Assembly: GCA_031263945.1 (NCBI GenBank)
Contig: JAISEW010000014.1
Location: 1-34,695, forward strand
Origin: Gracilibacteraceae bacterium
GTDB taxonomy: Bacteria; Bacillota; Desulfitobacteriia; Desulfitobacteriales; Syntrophobotulaceae
DNA length: 34,695 bases
Direction of reading: 5' to 3'
The translations under genes were made by a program, and so were the position numbers. The notes under the pieces are model-generated. The model made no database searches. It was not told the origin of the DNA and saw nothing but the letters and a program-made list of their open reading frames with translations. Shown here piece after piece: positions 7,783 through 16,889 of this stretch (positions within the stretch are counted from its first letter, which is position 1; each line of letters opens with the position of its first letter).

Positions 7783-9258
7783 TTAGAGACCTTTGATGGT
7801 TTTGACGGCGTGCCGCGCGGCCACGCGGCCCGAGGTATGGGCGAAACCGTTAGCCGTGCCGGGGCAGTCCAGATTGTAAGTGTCGCCGAAAAGCCCGCTG
7901 GCGTCGTTGCCGACGGCATAGAGACCGGGAATAGGCTTATATTCGCGGTCTGTGACTTGCAGGTCGCCGTTGACGCGAATACCGCCGTCGGACACGAGTA
8001 CGCTGCCGGCCATGTTGATCGCGTAGAACGGGGCTTTTTTCACGGGCCGGAGGAATTGAGCGGGTTTAAAGAACAGCGGATCATAATTCTTGGCGCAGGC
8101 TTCGTTGTATTCGGCCACGGTCGCCGCGAATACGGCGGGATCCAGCCCGATATTTCGGCCTAATTCCTCAATAGAGCCGCCTTTCCAGGCGATGCCGTCG
8201 GCAACGTCCTGATCAAGTTCCGCCTGCAGCCGCGTGAGTTTCAGATGATATTCGATAAAATCGCCCAGCCCGATGTCCGAACCGTCTTCCATCAGATGTT
8301 TGATGGTGTCGGCGTCGATGATGGCGTAAATCGTGGCCTGGGGCTGTTTGGCGATCGTGTTGCCGGCGTCGGCGAAACTCATCGCGACGTGTTCGCTGGC
8401 AAAACGCCGGCCGGTTTTGTTGACCCACAGAACAGGCTGAGAGCCGGCGCCGCTCACATGCGAGGTCAATGTTTTGCCGCGGGCGCAGGGAATGATCATG
8501 ACCGGGCCGATATTATCCGTGTCGGCGCCGGTTTCGAGCGCCATTTTCAGCCCGTCGCCCGTGTTTTCGGTAGGCACGCATTTATAGGTGTCGTAAGCGG
8601 CGCGATGCAGCCAGGAGTATTTTTGCACGAGATCGGGATTGTTGCCGTAGCCGCCGGAGGCCAAAATCAGCGCCTTGCAGCCGATGGTCATGACATTGCC
8701 GTCTTTGTCCAGCGCCTGAACGCCGACGACAGCCCCGCCGTCGGTCAGGATCTTCTTGGCCGGGGTAGAGGTGAAGACATCCACTCCGGCGTTGACGCAG
8801 GCCCGGAGCAAAACTTCCTGCACGCGCTCGCCCAAACCGTCCGGCCGGTGGAAAGTGTAGAGTTCCAGCGGTTGGTCATAAGCGTAAATCGTGACGTCGG
8901 TGTAGACTATGCCCAGCGATTTCATGATGTCGATGGTTTCCGCCGTATTGTCCACATGCATCCGGACGACGTCGGGATTGGCGCGGTGGTGGCTGTATTC
9001 CGTGTAACGGCGGAAACCTTCCTCGCGGCTGGGAAAATGTTTGCCCGCGTCTTTGGGGACTTTGCGCTCTTTTTGCTCGCTGGACTCGAAAGCGCAGGTG
9101 CCTTCGGCGTAAATTGAGGAACCGCCTGTTTCCGCCATTTTTTCCAGGATGACCACGCTCAATCCGGCCTGAGCCGCCGTAAGCGCCGCTGATTTGCCGG
9201 ATCCCCCGCCGCCGACGACGACGAGATCATATTCCGTGTCAAAATTGTATTTCGCCAT
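7783..9258 (-). CDS. Soluble FAD-binding reductase/dehydrogenase of the fumarate reductase / 3-ketosteroid dehydrogenase (FAD_binding_2) family
   Basis: 491 aa with YDLVVVGGGGSGKSAALTAAQAGLSVVILEK...ETGGSS and a C-terminal PGLYAVGN motif. There is no signal peptide. AGGAGG lies 6 nt upstream of the ATG. Confidence 0.85.
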   Translation of the reverse strand: MAKYNFDTEYDLVVVGGGGSGKSAALTAAQAGLSVVILEKMAETGGSSIYAEGTCAFESSEQKERKVPKDAGKHFPSREEGFRRYTEYSHHRANPDVVRMHVDNTAETIDIMKSLGIVYTDVTIYAYDQPLELYTFHRPDGLGERVQEVLLRACVNAGVDVFTSTPAKKILTDGGAVVGVQALDKDGNVMTIGCKALILASGGYGNNPDLVQKYSWLHRAAYDTYKCVPTENTGDGLKMALETGADTDNIGPVMIIPCARGKTLTSHVSGAGSQPVLWVNKTGRRFASEHVAMSFADAGNTIAKQPQATIYAIIDADTIKHLMEDGSDIGLGDFIEYHLKLTRLQAELDQDVADGIAWKGGSIEELGRNIGLDPAVFAATVAEYNEACAKNYDPLFFKPAQFLRPVKKAPFYAINMAGSVLVSDGGIRVNGDLQVTDREYKPIPGLYAVGNDASGLFGDTYNLDCPGTANGFAHTSGRVAARHAVKTIKGL

Positions 9259-9273
9259 GATTTTCCTCCTAAA

Positions 9274-10200
9274 TTATGGATTTTTAGTCGCTGCAAACGC
9301 CGCGGTCAGTTCCGGTACGATTTTATACAGGTCGCCGACGATGCCATAATCGCAGTTTTTGAAAATACGGGCTTCCGGATCGCTGTTGACGGCCACGACG
9401 ACTTTGGCATCGCGCACGCCGGACATATGCTGCGGCTGTCCGGATATACCCAAAGCGATATAGAGAGTGGGCGCGATCCGGCTGTGAGAGGAACCGACCA
9501 CGCTGTGCGCGGCGAACCAGCGCATGTCGTCGCAGACCGGCAGCGTGCAGGCCGTCTCCGCGCCCAGGACCGCCGCCAGATCCTCAACGATCCTCAAATC
9601 GTCCCGCGCCCTGAGACCCATGCCCACGCCGACTACGCGAGCGGCCGTCAAAAGCCCGGCCGCGCCGCTTTCGGCCTCGGTGGACAGCACACGCAGCGCG
9701 GCGCCGGCCTCCGCGGGGACGATCTCCACTGTGACTGCCGCGTCGCCGCGCTGCTCCGCGTCGTCGCCGTCAAAAATACCGGCCAGCGCGCCCGACACGG
9801 CGATATCTTCCAATACTTTACCTTCCGCGGCGGCGCGGCTGACCACGATGTTTTCTTCCGCCGCGGCCACAGCGCGCACGGAAGCGACCACAGCGGCGTT
9901 CAGCGCGGCAGCCGCCGCTCCGAGCAGCACGCGGGCCGGGGGCGCGTCCGAAGCCAGCACCAGCCGCGGCGCGTCCTGAGCGGCCCGTTCGGCCAGGGCG
10001 GCCGCGTAAGCCTCGGCCGGCACGCCGTCCGCGGTCTCCCAACAAAGCACCTGGTCGAATCCCATGTCGGCGGCGCGTTCCGCCAGATCCCGCTTCCCCG
10101 CCACTGCCGCCGTCACCCGACCGCCGAGCCGGCGGGCCGCGTCCAGCATACCGCCGGCCCGATTTTCGTCAACGATGATAACCCAACTATCAATTGCCAT
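9274..10200 (-). CDS. etfA: Electron transfer flavoprotein alpha subunit (EtfA/FixB)
   Basis: 308 aa with the C-terminal FAD-binding signature LYIALGISGQPQHMSGVRDAKVVVAVNSDPEARIF...DYGIVGDL. Confidence 0.9.
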   Translation of the reverse strand: MAIDSWVIIVDENRAGGMLDAARRLGGRVTAAVAGKRDLAERAADMGFDQVLCWETADGVPAEAYAAALAERAAQDAPRLVLASDAPPARVLLGAAAAALNAAVVASVRAVAAAEENIVVSRAAAEGKVLEDIAVSGALAGIFDGDDAEQRGDAAVTVEIVPAEAGAALRVLSTEAESGAAGLLTAARVVGVGMGLRARDDLRIVEDLAAVLGAETACTLPVCDDMRWFAAHSVVGSSHSRIAPTLYIALGISGQPQHMSGVRDAKVVVAVNSDPEARIFKNCDYGIVGDLYKIVPELTAAFAATKNP

Positions 10201-10208
10201 TTTTTACC

Positions 10209-10946
10209 TCAAATGACCCCTTCCACTCGCAGCGCCGCAATCAACTGCTCGCAGGCAGTTCGGGGATCGCCGCCGTCGATGACGCGCGCGGGCGGCGTGT
10301 CGGGAAACCTGGTTCCTTGCGTCTGGACCCTGTATGCGATTGCCGCGTCCAGCAGATCGGCCGCCGCAATTTTTTCCGCCGGTTTTTTGCGCGCGGCCAG
10401 CACTTCCTTCATGCCCGGCACGTTTTTCTCCGCGCGGCTGGCCGTCACGGCCAGCACGACGGGACCCGCGGCGGCCAGCACCTGGATGGCGGCGCCCAGG
10501 CGGCGCGTCACCCGCAGTTCGCCCTGCTCAGAGCAGGCCGCCGCCGTGACTCCGGCCACGGCCGGCCAGCCCAGACGTCCCGCCAAGGCGGAAATCACCG
10601 CGTAGTCCCAGGCGGAATCGCCGATGAGTACCGCGCCGACACCCGCCATACGCCGCACCGCCTCAGCCAGCGCTGCGCCTGTCGCCGCGCTGTCCGCTTC
10701 GCCCGGCGTGCCGGTAACGACCACGGTGCGCGCCGCCCCTCTGGCCGCGGCCCAAGCCGTATCGCCGTCGCCTATCGTCAATCCGACGACCTCATCACCC
10801 GCGGCCAGAGCGACGGCAATTTCCATCGCCGCCGGGTCGTCGTCACTGGCCGCCAGCTTCACGCCCGGCCAACTGACGGCCGCGTCCGCCGATACCCTGG
10901 CGTCCAGCGGATTTCTCGCCCACTTGAAAACAACGACGATTTTCAT
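10209..10946 (-). CDS. etfB: Electron transfer flavoprotein beta subunit (EtfB/FixA)
   Basis: ORF 10209..11105 trimmed to the ATG at 10946 (MKIVVVFKW...), which is preceded by GGAGG. The EtfB-like N-terminus and its position next to etfA support the call. Confidence 0.85.
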   Translation of the reverse strand: MKIVVVFKWARNPLDARVSADAAVSWPGVKLAASDDDPAAMEIAVALAAGDEVVGLTIGDGDTAWAAARGAARTVVVTGTPGEADSAATGAALAEAVRRMAGVGAVLIGDSAWDYAVISALAGRLGWPAVAGVTAAACSEQGELRVTRRLGAAIQVLAAAGPVVLAVTASRAEKNVPGMKEVLAARKKPAEKIAAADLLDAAIAYRVQTQGTRFPDTPPARVIDGGDPRTACEQLIAALRVEGVI

Positions 10947-10956
10947 GCTGCCTCCG

Positions 10957-11718
10957 TTAGTGGGCGGTCTGGCCCGCGTCCACCGAATAGACCGAGCCCG
11001 TGATAAACGAGGCCAGCGGCGACGCCAGGAAAAGCACGAGACCGGCGATTTCGTTCGGTTCGGCGACGCGATGTACCGCGTTGAACGACTTGACCATCTC
11101 CGCAAACTCCGGATCCGCCAGCCAGCGGGCGGTCATTTCGGTTTCGGTGAGGCCGGGCGCGATGCAGTTAATGCGGACATTATGCTTGGCGTACTCGATG
11201 GCGGCACCTTTTGTCAGTCCCGCCGCGCCGTGTTTGGCGGCTACATAAGGCGCCATGCCCGGATCGGCGACCAAGCTGACGACGGAACCGCAGTTGATGA
11301 TGGAACCGCCGCCGTTTTTCAGCATCGCGGGGATCTGGTACTTCATGCACAGAAACACGCCCTTGAGATCGACGGCGATGATTTTGTCAAAATCCTCTTC
11401 CGTCTGTTCGGCCAAATCCGCCGTCACGGGCAGGAGACCGGAATTGTTGAACGCGGCGTCGAGACGTCCAAAGCTTTGCAATGTGGTTTGCACGATGTTT
11501 TGCACATCGGCGGCGACGCTGACGTCCCCTTTGATAAAGATCGCTTCGCCGCCGGCTTGCCTGATGAGCGCCATCGTTTCGTCGGCGTGGCTGCGCCCGG
11601 CGATGGCCACTTTGGCGCCCTGCTCGGCAAAAGCCACGGCGGCAGCCTGGCCGATGCCGGAACGTCCGCCTGTGATGAGTACCGCTTTGCCGGTGAAATC
11701 CAACAGGTTTTTGCCCAA
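10957..11718 (-). CDS. SDR family oxidoreductase (first gene of the ETF/reductase operon)
   Basis: 253 aa, TTG start preceded by AAGGAGAGG. It has the Rossmann motif ITGGRSGIG and the Y-x3-K motif (YVAAK). Confidence 0.9.
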   Translation of the reverse strand: MGKNLLDFTGKAVLITGGRSGIGQAAAVAFAEQGAKVAIAGRSHADETMALIRQAGGEAIFIKGDVSVAADVQNIVQTTLQSFGRLDAAFNNSGLLPVTADLAEQTEEDFDKIIAVDLKGVFLCMKYQIPAMLKNGGGSIINCGSVVSLVADPGMAPYVAAKHGAAGLTKGAAIEYAKHNVRINCIAPGLTETEMTARWLADPEFAEMVKSFNAVHRVAEPNEIAGLVLFLASPLASFITGSVYSVDAGQTAH

Positions 11719-11745
11719 GGTATCCTCTCCTTTCGACTTGTGGTT

Positions 11746-11761
11746 TTGTAAAAATTTACAA
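11746..11761. promoter_or_regulatory. 16-bp palindrome TTGTAAAAATTTACAA just upstream of the operon RBS (candidate operator or LuxR box)
   Basis: Read directly. The arms are TTGTAAA/TTTACAA. It lies 28-43 nt upstream of the SDR start codon, in the divergent intergenic region shared with the LuxR gene. Confidence 0.4.
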
Positions 11762-11846
11762 CGGTGTTACATGCTTCAATCATAGAGAAAGCTGCGCCTG
11801 CACACAATCGCCCGGGACGGTGATATCAAAATACCACTTTCGAGTG

Positions 11847-11875
11847 ATTGTCAAACGCGGAGCTTGGCCCTATAA
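11847..11875 (+). promoter_or_regulatory. Promoter of the LuxR-family regulator gene
   Basis: TTGTCA (11847-11852), a 17-nt spacer, then TATAAT (11870-11875), about 100 nt upstream of the ATG at 11974. Confidence 0.65.
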
Positions 11876-11973
11876 TGTTAATGTATGTAACGCTTTGAGC
11901 AAAATCTTATATTAACGAGGGGGATTTTCATTACATAAATAACGCGCAGATGAAAACAAGGAGGTGCGCCGCC

Positions 11974-13002
11974 ATGCAAAAAGTCTCGCTACGCATGCTT
12001 TCGACATTAAGCGATGTGGATTTGCTGACTTCCAGTGACGCGTTCTTTGACATGCTGCTGAATTTTTTGATAGAACTGGTGAACTCCAACGTCGGCGTGA
12101 TTTCGATTTTCCGCAAAGATGAGGAAATATTCCGCTCACAGCTCAATATCAGCGCCCAGGATCTGGAAGTTTATAAAGCGAGCTTTTTTGCTCATGACCC
12201 TCTGCATCCCTGCCGGATAAACCCGGCCGGACGCAATCCTAAATCTGTGACCGCCTCGTACAGAGATAAAAATTCCGCTGTCGTGGGCTCGGAAGAACAG
12301 TACTACTTCATGCGGGATTACAATTTGCACCATACGATCCGGGTAACGAAACGCCTGCGCGACAATTCCTTGTTGGCCTTTTGGCTTTACCGGCCGATCA
12401 CGCAGACGGGTTTTGGTGAAAATGAAAGCGATATGTTTCAGGAACTTTTACCTTTTATCGCGAATTTGGTTGAGACCAATATGCTGCTGACCCAGCTGGA
12501 CACTGAATCTTCGCTGCTGCTGAGTACAGAGGAAAAAGGCTTTGTATTCGTGGACGAGAATTTTCACCTGCTTTCCCACAACAAAAAAGCCGCGGCCTAT
12601 TTCGCTGACCTTGGTTCGGGGTGCAGTTTGCCGGAACACGTCCGGCAGCTGGCCGGTCGGCTGCCGCTGGAAAACGGCGCCCAGGTCCAGCTGTTTTCCC
12701 CTGACCGGGACGTCTATCTGGTCAAAGTGACGGCCTGCAACAGCAAACAATCCACCTATTTGCTGAAAATCACGCCGCAGGCGCAACCGCCCGCGCTGGC
12801 CGCGATGGACGCGCTGACGGCGAAAGAGAAAAAAATCGTCGCCCAGATCATCAAGGGTCTGAACTGCAAGCAGATCGCCAGTTTAATGTTTATCAGCGAA
12901 CACACCGTCAAAACGCATCTGCGCAATATTTACCATAAATTGGAAATATCCAGCCGCGCCGCTCTGCTGCATAAAATAAACGCCATGCCTGAAGCGGATT
13001 AA
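11974..13002 (+). CDS. LuxR-family transcriptional regulator with an N-terminal sensor domain
   Basis: C-terminal HTH: LTAKEKKIVAQIIKGLNCKQIASLMFISEHTVKTHLRNIYHKLEISSRAALL. The ATG at 11974 has AAGGAGG 9 nt upstream; the ORF track start is 11950. The roughly 270-aa N-terminal domain is unassigned and may be GAF/PAS-like. Confidence 0.85.
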   Translation: MQKVSLRMLSTLSDVDLLTSSDAFFDMLLNFLIELVNSNVGVISIFRKDEEIFRSQLNISAQDLEVYKASFFAHDPLHPCRINPAGRNPKSVTASYRDKNSAVVGSEEQYYFMRDYNLHHTIRVTKRLRDNSLLAFWLYRPITQTGFGENESDMFQELLPFIANLVETNMLLTQLDTESSLLLSTEEKGFVFVDENFHLLSHNKKAAAYFADLGSGCSLPEHVRQLAGRLPLENGAQVQLFSPDRDVYLVKVTACNSKQSTYLLKITPQAQPPALAAMDALTAKEKKIVAQIIKGLNCKQIASLMFISEHTVKTHLRNIYHKLEISSRAALLHKINAMPEAD

Positions 13003-13262
13003 TTCTGTTGGGGTTTTTCTTCCCGCAGCACCTCATACAGCGAACTCGCGTCTTCCGCCCGGACGCTGGCCGGCGTGGACAGCACCCGGACTTCCAAAAG
13101 GCGGCCGCGCATGCTCAAAGTCAACACGTCGCCGGCTTTGACTTCGGCCGCCGGTTTGGCGGCGCGCCCGTTGACGCTGATTTTCTCTCCGTCGCAGACG
13201 TCTTTGGCCACGCTGCGCCTTTTAATAAGGCGGGAAACTTTCAAATATTTATCTAAACGCAT
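12999..13262 (-). CDS. rqcP: RNA-binding S4-domain protein, YabO/RqcP (Hsp15-like) type
   Basis: 87 aa. MRLDKYLKVSRLIKRRSVAKDVCDGEKISVNGRAAKPAAEVKAGDVL closely follows the B. subtilis YabO pattern as I recall it. It lies next to the HU gene, as in many Firmicutes. Confidence 0.75.
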   Translation of the reverse strand: MRLDKYLKVSRLIKRRSVAKDVCDGEKISVNGRAAKPAAEVKAGDVLTLSMRGRLLEVRVLSTPASVRAEDASSLYEVLREEKPQQN

Positions 13263-13305
13263 ACTGCCTCAAAAATTGCAAATTCATAATTAACAATCGC
13301 TAAAA

Positions 13306-13338
13306 GCAAAAAACAGGCCGTTACAACCTGTTTTTTGC
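13306..13338. terminator. Bidirectional intrinsic terminator between the HU and S4 genes
   Basis: GCAAAAAACAGG-CCGTTACAA-CCTGTTTTTTGC is a 12-bp stem with A/T runs on both sides. It lies 22 nt downstream of the HU stop. Confidence 0.75.
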
Positions 13339-13360
13339 TCGCATGTACGCCGGGATACAA

Positions 13361-13636
13361 TTACTGTACGCCCTCTTTTAAGGCTTTCCCCGCCTTGAAA
13401 AACGGAACGTTACGGGCAGGAATCTTTAACGGTTTTTTCGTTTGCGGATTGCGCCCCGTGCGTTCTTTTTGATTTCTCACGCCAAATGTGCCGAAACCAA
13501 CTAACTGTACTTTGTCCCCTTCGCCCAGAGCTTCGCTGATGGCTTCAAAAACCGCGGCGATCGCTTTGTCGGCGTCTTTTTTGGTGAACTCAGTTTTCTC
13601 GGCGACCGCGGCTACCAGATCTGCCTTGTTCAACAA
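13361..13636 (-). CDS. hup: HU-family DNA-binding protein
   Basis: 91 aa with NKADLVAAVAEKTEFTKKDADKAIAAVFEAISEAL...VQLVGFGTFGVRNQKERTGRNPQT, a classic HU sequence. It has a TTG start; the adjacent in-frame TTG at 13633 is equally possible. Confidence 0.95.
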   Translation of the reverse strand: MLNKADLVAAVAEKTEFTKKDADKAIAAVFEAISEALGEGDKVQLVGFGTFGVRNQKERTGRNPQTKKPLKIPARNVPFFKAGKALKEGVQ

Positions 13637-13751
13637 GATCCCCCCTATAAAATAATTGCTTAGAAGCCGTTATTCGCTGTGTTTCCCGCGATTCCTCCCG
13701 GCGATTGAAAAAAAACTCCTTTCTTCCGCAAATTTAAGCAGATTTTAAGTT

Positions 13752-16700
13752 TTAAATCTCTTTTTTTCTAAATTTAGCGCCAAAATTATCCAGTGAGAGG
13801 TACAGCACCGGCACGACGATGAGCGTGACCAGAGTGGACAGCGAGAGACCAAATACTATCACCAGCGCCAAAGGCTGCGCCATTTCCGCTCCCGATCCGA
13901 TGCCGAGCGCCATAGGCAGCATACCGAGCACGGTGGTCAGCGTCGTCATCAGGATCGGCCGCAAACGGATAGGGCCGGCGCGCAAAATAGCCGTTTTATT
14001 GTCTTCTTTTAAAGTTCGCCGCCGCGTGTTTACATAATCAACGAAAACGATAGCGTTGTTGACCACGATGCCCGCCAGCATGATGATACCGATCAGACCC
14101 GGCACGCTCAGGGGAATGCCGGCGATGAACAGGCCGAACACGCCGCCCGCCAGGCCCAGCGGCATGGAGAACATGATGATGAAGGGATAGAGCAGCGACT
14201 CGAACTGAGAAGCCATGATCATGTAAACCAGAAGAATGGCGAGTACGAGCATGAGCAGCAGATCGCTGAAAGCGTCGGTCATGGTCTCCGTCATGCCGCC
14301 CATTTCAAAGCGGTAGCCCTCCGGCATATTATAGGCGGAAAGCGCCGTCAGGACGTCGGCGGAAATGGAGCCCAGGTCTCGGCCGCTGATTTCGGAGGAG
14401 ACGCTGAGGGTGGTCTCACGATCCACGCGGTTGATGCTGACCGGCCCTTGCGTGACCACGACGTCGGCCACCTGGTCCAGACTCACCTGCCCCGTGGAAC
14501 TCACGGGCATTTGACCGAGCGCGGCCATGTTTTCCTCATAATAACTGTCCCCGCGGATCACTACCGGGATCTCCGTGCCGCCTATACGAAACTGGGTGGC
14601 TGTGGAGCCGGAGATCACGCCGCGCACGGACTGCCCGATCTGCGCCGCCGTCAGCCCGAATTGGGCGGCGCGGTCACGGTTGACGGCCACGCTCACTTTC
14701 GGCGTTCCGTCCGCGAAACTGGAAGAAACTTCGCGCGTCCCCTCCACGGTTTTGATGATATCCACAAAATCGTCGGCGATATCCCGCAAAGTGCTGAGGT
14801 CGTCGCCGAAAAGCGCCACGTTAAGCGGGGCGCCCGTGCCCATGCTGAACGAGGTCATGGAACTGACGCTGACTTCCGCGCCCGGCGTTTCCCGTACCAG
14901 AACGCGGATCTGCTCCATGATCTCCTTGGCGCCCCGGTCGCGTTCCATGAGCGGCGTCAGTTCGATATACAAAGTCCCCTGATTTTCGCCGCCCGTCAAA
15001 GACTCCGAAGCGCCAGCCTCGATATAAACGCGGGTGATCTCCGGAATAACGCGCACTTTGGCTTCCAGTTCGTCCATGATGACGACGGCGTCCTGCACTT
15101 TGGCCCCCGCCGCCAAAGTCGCCTGCACCATGATGAAGCCTTCGTCCGTCTCCGGGAAAAATTCCTGGCCGACGGCGAACACGGAGGCGAGGCAGAGGAT
15201 AAAGGCGATAAAAGCGGTGATCGTCACGGTTTTGCGCCGCCGGAGCGCCCATGCCAGCATCCGGCCGTAAGCGCTGTGCAGACCGGCGAAACCGCGGTCA
15301 AAAGCGTCATAGATCCGGCCCAGCAGGCGAAAGCGCCGTTTGGTTTCTTCTTCCGTGTCAAGGCCCATCTGCTTTTGGATCATCAGGCCGAATTCGTCCT
15401 GCTCGTGGCTGCGGACGGATACTTTCAGCAGTTTGGAGCAAAGCATCGGCACCAGAGTGATGGCGACGACGAGGGAGGCGAGCAAAGAAAAGCTGACCGT
15501 GATCGCCAATTGCTCAAAGAGCAGGGCGGCGATCCCCTCGGCGAAGAAAATCGGCACGAAAACGGCGACGGTGGTCAAGGTGGAGGCGACCAAAGCCATG
15601 TTCACCTCAGCCGAGCCTTTGACGGAGGCGTCTATGCGGGAATAACCGTCCTGGCGGTATCTGTGGATATTTTCCAATACGACAATGGAATTATCTACCA
15701 GCATACCGACCCCGAGGCCGAGGCCGCCTACAGTCATGATGTTCAGCGTAATATCCGTGAAAAAGAGGAGGCAGAAAGTGGCGATGATGGAAATGGGGAT
15801 GCTGAGAGCGATGATCAGCGTCGTGCGCACGTTGCGCAGGAAAATATACAGGACGATGATAGCGAGCAGGGCGCCCTGCATCGCGCTGTTAGCCACCTGG
15901 TTCAGCGATTGTTTAATGTAGTCGGCGCTGTCGTACAGGATATTGATTTCGCCCTTGGGCAAATTCGCTCTGGTTTTTTCCAGCTGCGCCCGCACGGCGT
16001 CAGAAACAGTGACGGTATTGGAACCGGCTTGTTTGGTGATGACCAGATCGATGCTCGTGTAGCCGTCCGCCTTGGAAATCGCGCTCGGGTCTTCCCGTTT
16101 CATCTCCACCTGGGCCAAATCGCGCAGGCGCGGCTGGGCGCCGGTCGGCAGCGGGATGATCATATCGGCTATTTGCTCCACGGTTTGGAACTGGCCGTTC
16201 GTCGTCACCGTCAGCGCCTGATTGCCGCGCAGCACGCTCCCGGCCGGGATATCCATGTTTTCCGCCCGGATGATACCGGAGACATACTCGGGTGAAATGC
16301 CGTAGCCTCGCAGTTTTTCCGCGTCGAGGCGCACTTCGATCACATTGCTCACACTGCCGAAGATCTCGACGGAGGCGACGCCGGCCACGCTTTCCATCTG
16401 CGGCTTGACAGTATCTTCCACCAAGGCCTGGATCTCCGTCTGGGTCATATTTTCCGTGGACAGCGAGAGCATCATCATCGGCATGGAATTCAGGTCTATT
16501 TTGATCACGATCGGATCGGAAGCGTCTTCCGGCAAAATGGCGGACAGCGTTTCCACGCTGTTGCGCGCGTCGGCGACGGCCTGATCCAGATCGGATTTAA
16601 ACTCAAACTGCATGACGACGATGGACATGCCTTCCGCGGATATGGACTGCATGGTTTCGATATGGGAGACCGTGCCCACCGCGTCCTCGATCGGCCGCGT

Positions 16701-16889
16701 GATGAGTGTCTCGATCTCCTGAGGGCCGACGCCGTTGTAGGTGGTCATGATGATGGCGACGGGGATTTCGATATTCGGGATGAGATCCAGCGGGATCCCG
16801 GTCAGCGAGACGAATCCGAGCAAAACCACGATCAGAAATATCATGATCACGGAAACGGGCCGCCGCACGGATACTTCGGAAAGTTTCAT
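13752..16889 (-). CDS. RND-family efflux transporter permease (AcrB/HAE-type)
   Basis: 1045 aa with 12-TM RND topology and two large extracytoplasmic loops. The N-terminus MKLSEVSVRRPV... is typical. It overlaps the adaptor gene by 4 nt. Confidence 0.95.
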   Translation of the reverse strand: MKLSEVSVRRPVSVIMIFLIVVLLGFVSLTGIPLDLIPNIEIPVAIIMTTYNGVGPQEIETLITRPIEDAVGTVSHIETMQSISAEGMSIVVMQFEFKSDLDQAVADARNSVETLSAILPEDASDPIVIKIDLNSMPMMMLSLSTENMTQTEIQALVEDTVKPQMESVAGVASVEIFGSVSNVIEVRLDAEKLRGYGISPEYVSGIIRAENMDIPAGSVLRGNQALTVTTNGQFQTVEQIADMIIPLPTGAQPRLRDLAQVEMKREDPSAISKADGYTSIDLVITKQAGSNTVTVSDAVRAQLEKTRANLPKGEINILYDSADYIKQSLNQVANSAMQGALLAIIVLYIFLRNVRTTLIIALSIPISIIATFCLLFFTDITLNIMTVGGLGLGVGMLVDNSIVVLENIHRYRQDGYSRIDASVKGSAEVNMALVASTLTTVAVFVPIFFAEGIAALLFEQLAITVSFSLLASLVVAITLVPMLCSKLLKVSVRSHEQDEFGLMIQKQMGLDTEEETKRRFRLLGRIYDAFDRGFAGLHSAYGRMLAWALRRRKTVTITAFIAFILCLASVFAVGQEFFPETDEGFIMVQATLAAGAKVQDAVVIMDELEAKVRVIPEITRVYIEAGASESLTGGENQGTLYIELTPLMERDRGAKEIMEQIRVLVRETPGAEVSVSSMTSFSMGTGAPLNVALFGDDLSTLRDIADDFVDIIKTVEGTREVSSSFADGTPKVSVAVNRDRAAQFGLTAAQIGQSVRGVISGSTATQFRIGGTEIPVVIRGDSYYEENMAALGQMPVSSTGQVSLDQVADVVVTQGPVSINRVDRETTLSVSSEISGRDLGSISADVLTALSAYNMPEGYRFEMGGMTETMTDAFSDLLLMLVLAILLVYMIMASQFESLLYPFIIMFSMPLGLAGGVFGLFIAGIPLSVPGLIGIIMLAGIVVNNAIVFVDYVNTRRRTLKEDNKTAILRAGPIRLRPILMTTLTTVLGMLPMALGIGSGAEMAQPLALVIVFGLSLSTLVTLIVVPVLYLSLDNFGAKFRKKEI

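Noticed and set aside
14448-16295. 615-aa plus-strand ORF antisense to the RND permease gene. Other long antisense ORFs of the same kind: 18621..20063, 9427..10605, 10624..11751, 10194..11003, 8245..9117, 6881..7786, 23889..24746, 25074..26006, 26007..27047, 28138..28800 and 199..924.
   Set aside because: All lie opposite genes with unmistakable family motifs. Their translations are Arg/Gly/His/Asp-rich low-complexity sequence with no motifs or RBS. Long stop-free antisense frames are expected in high-GC coding DNA.
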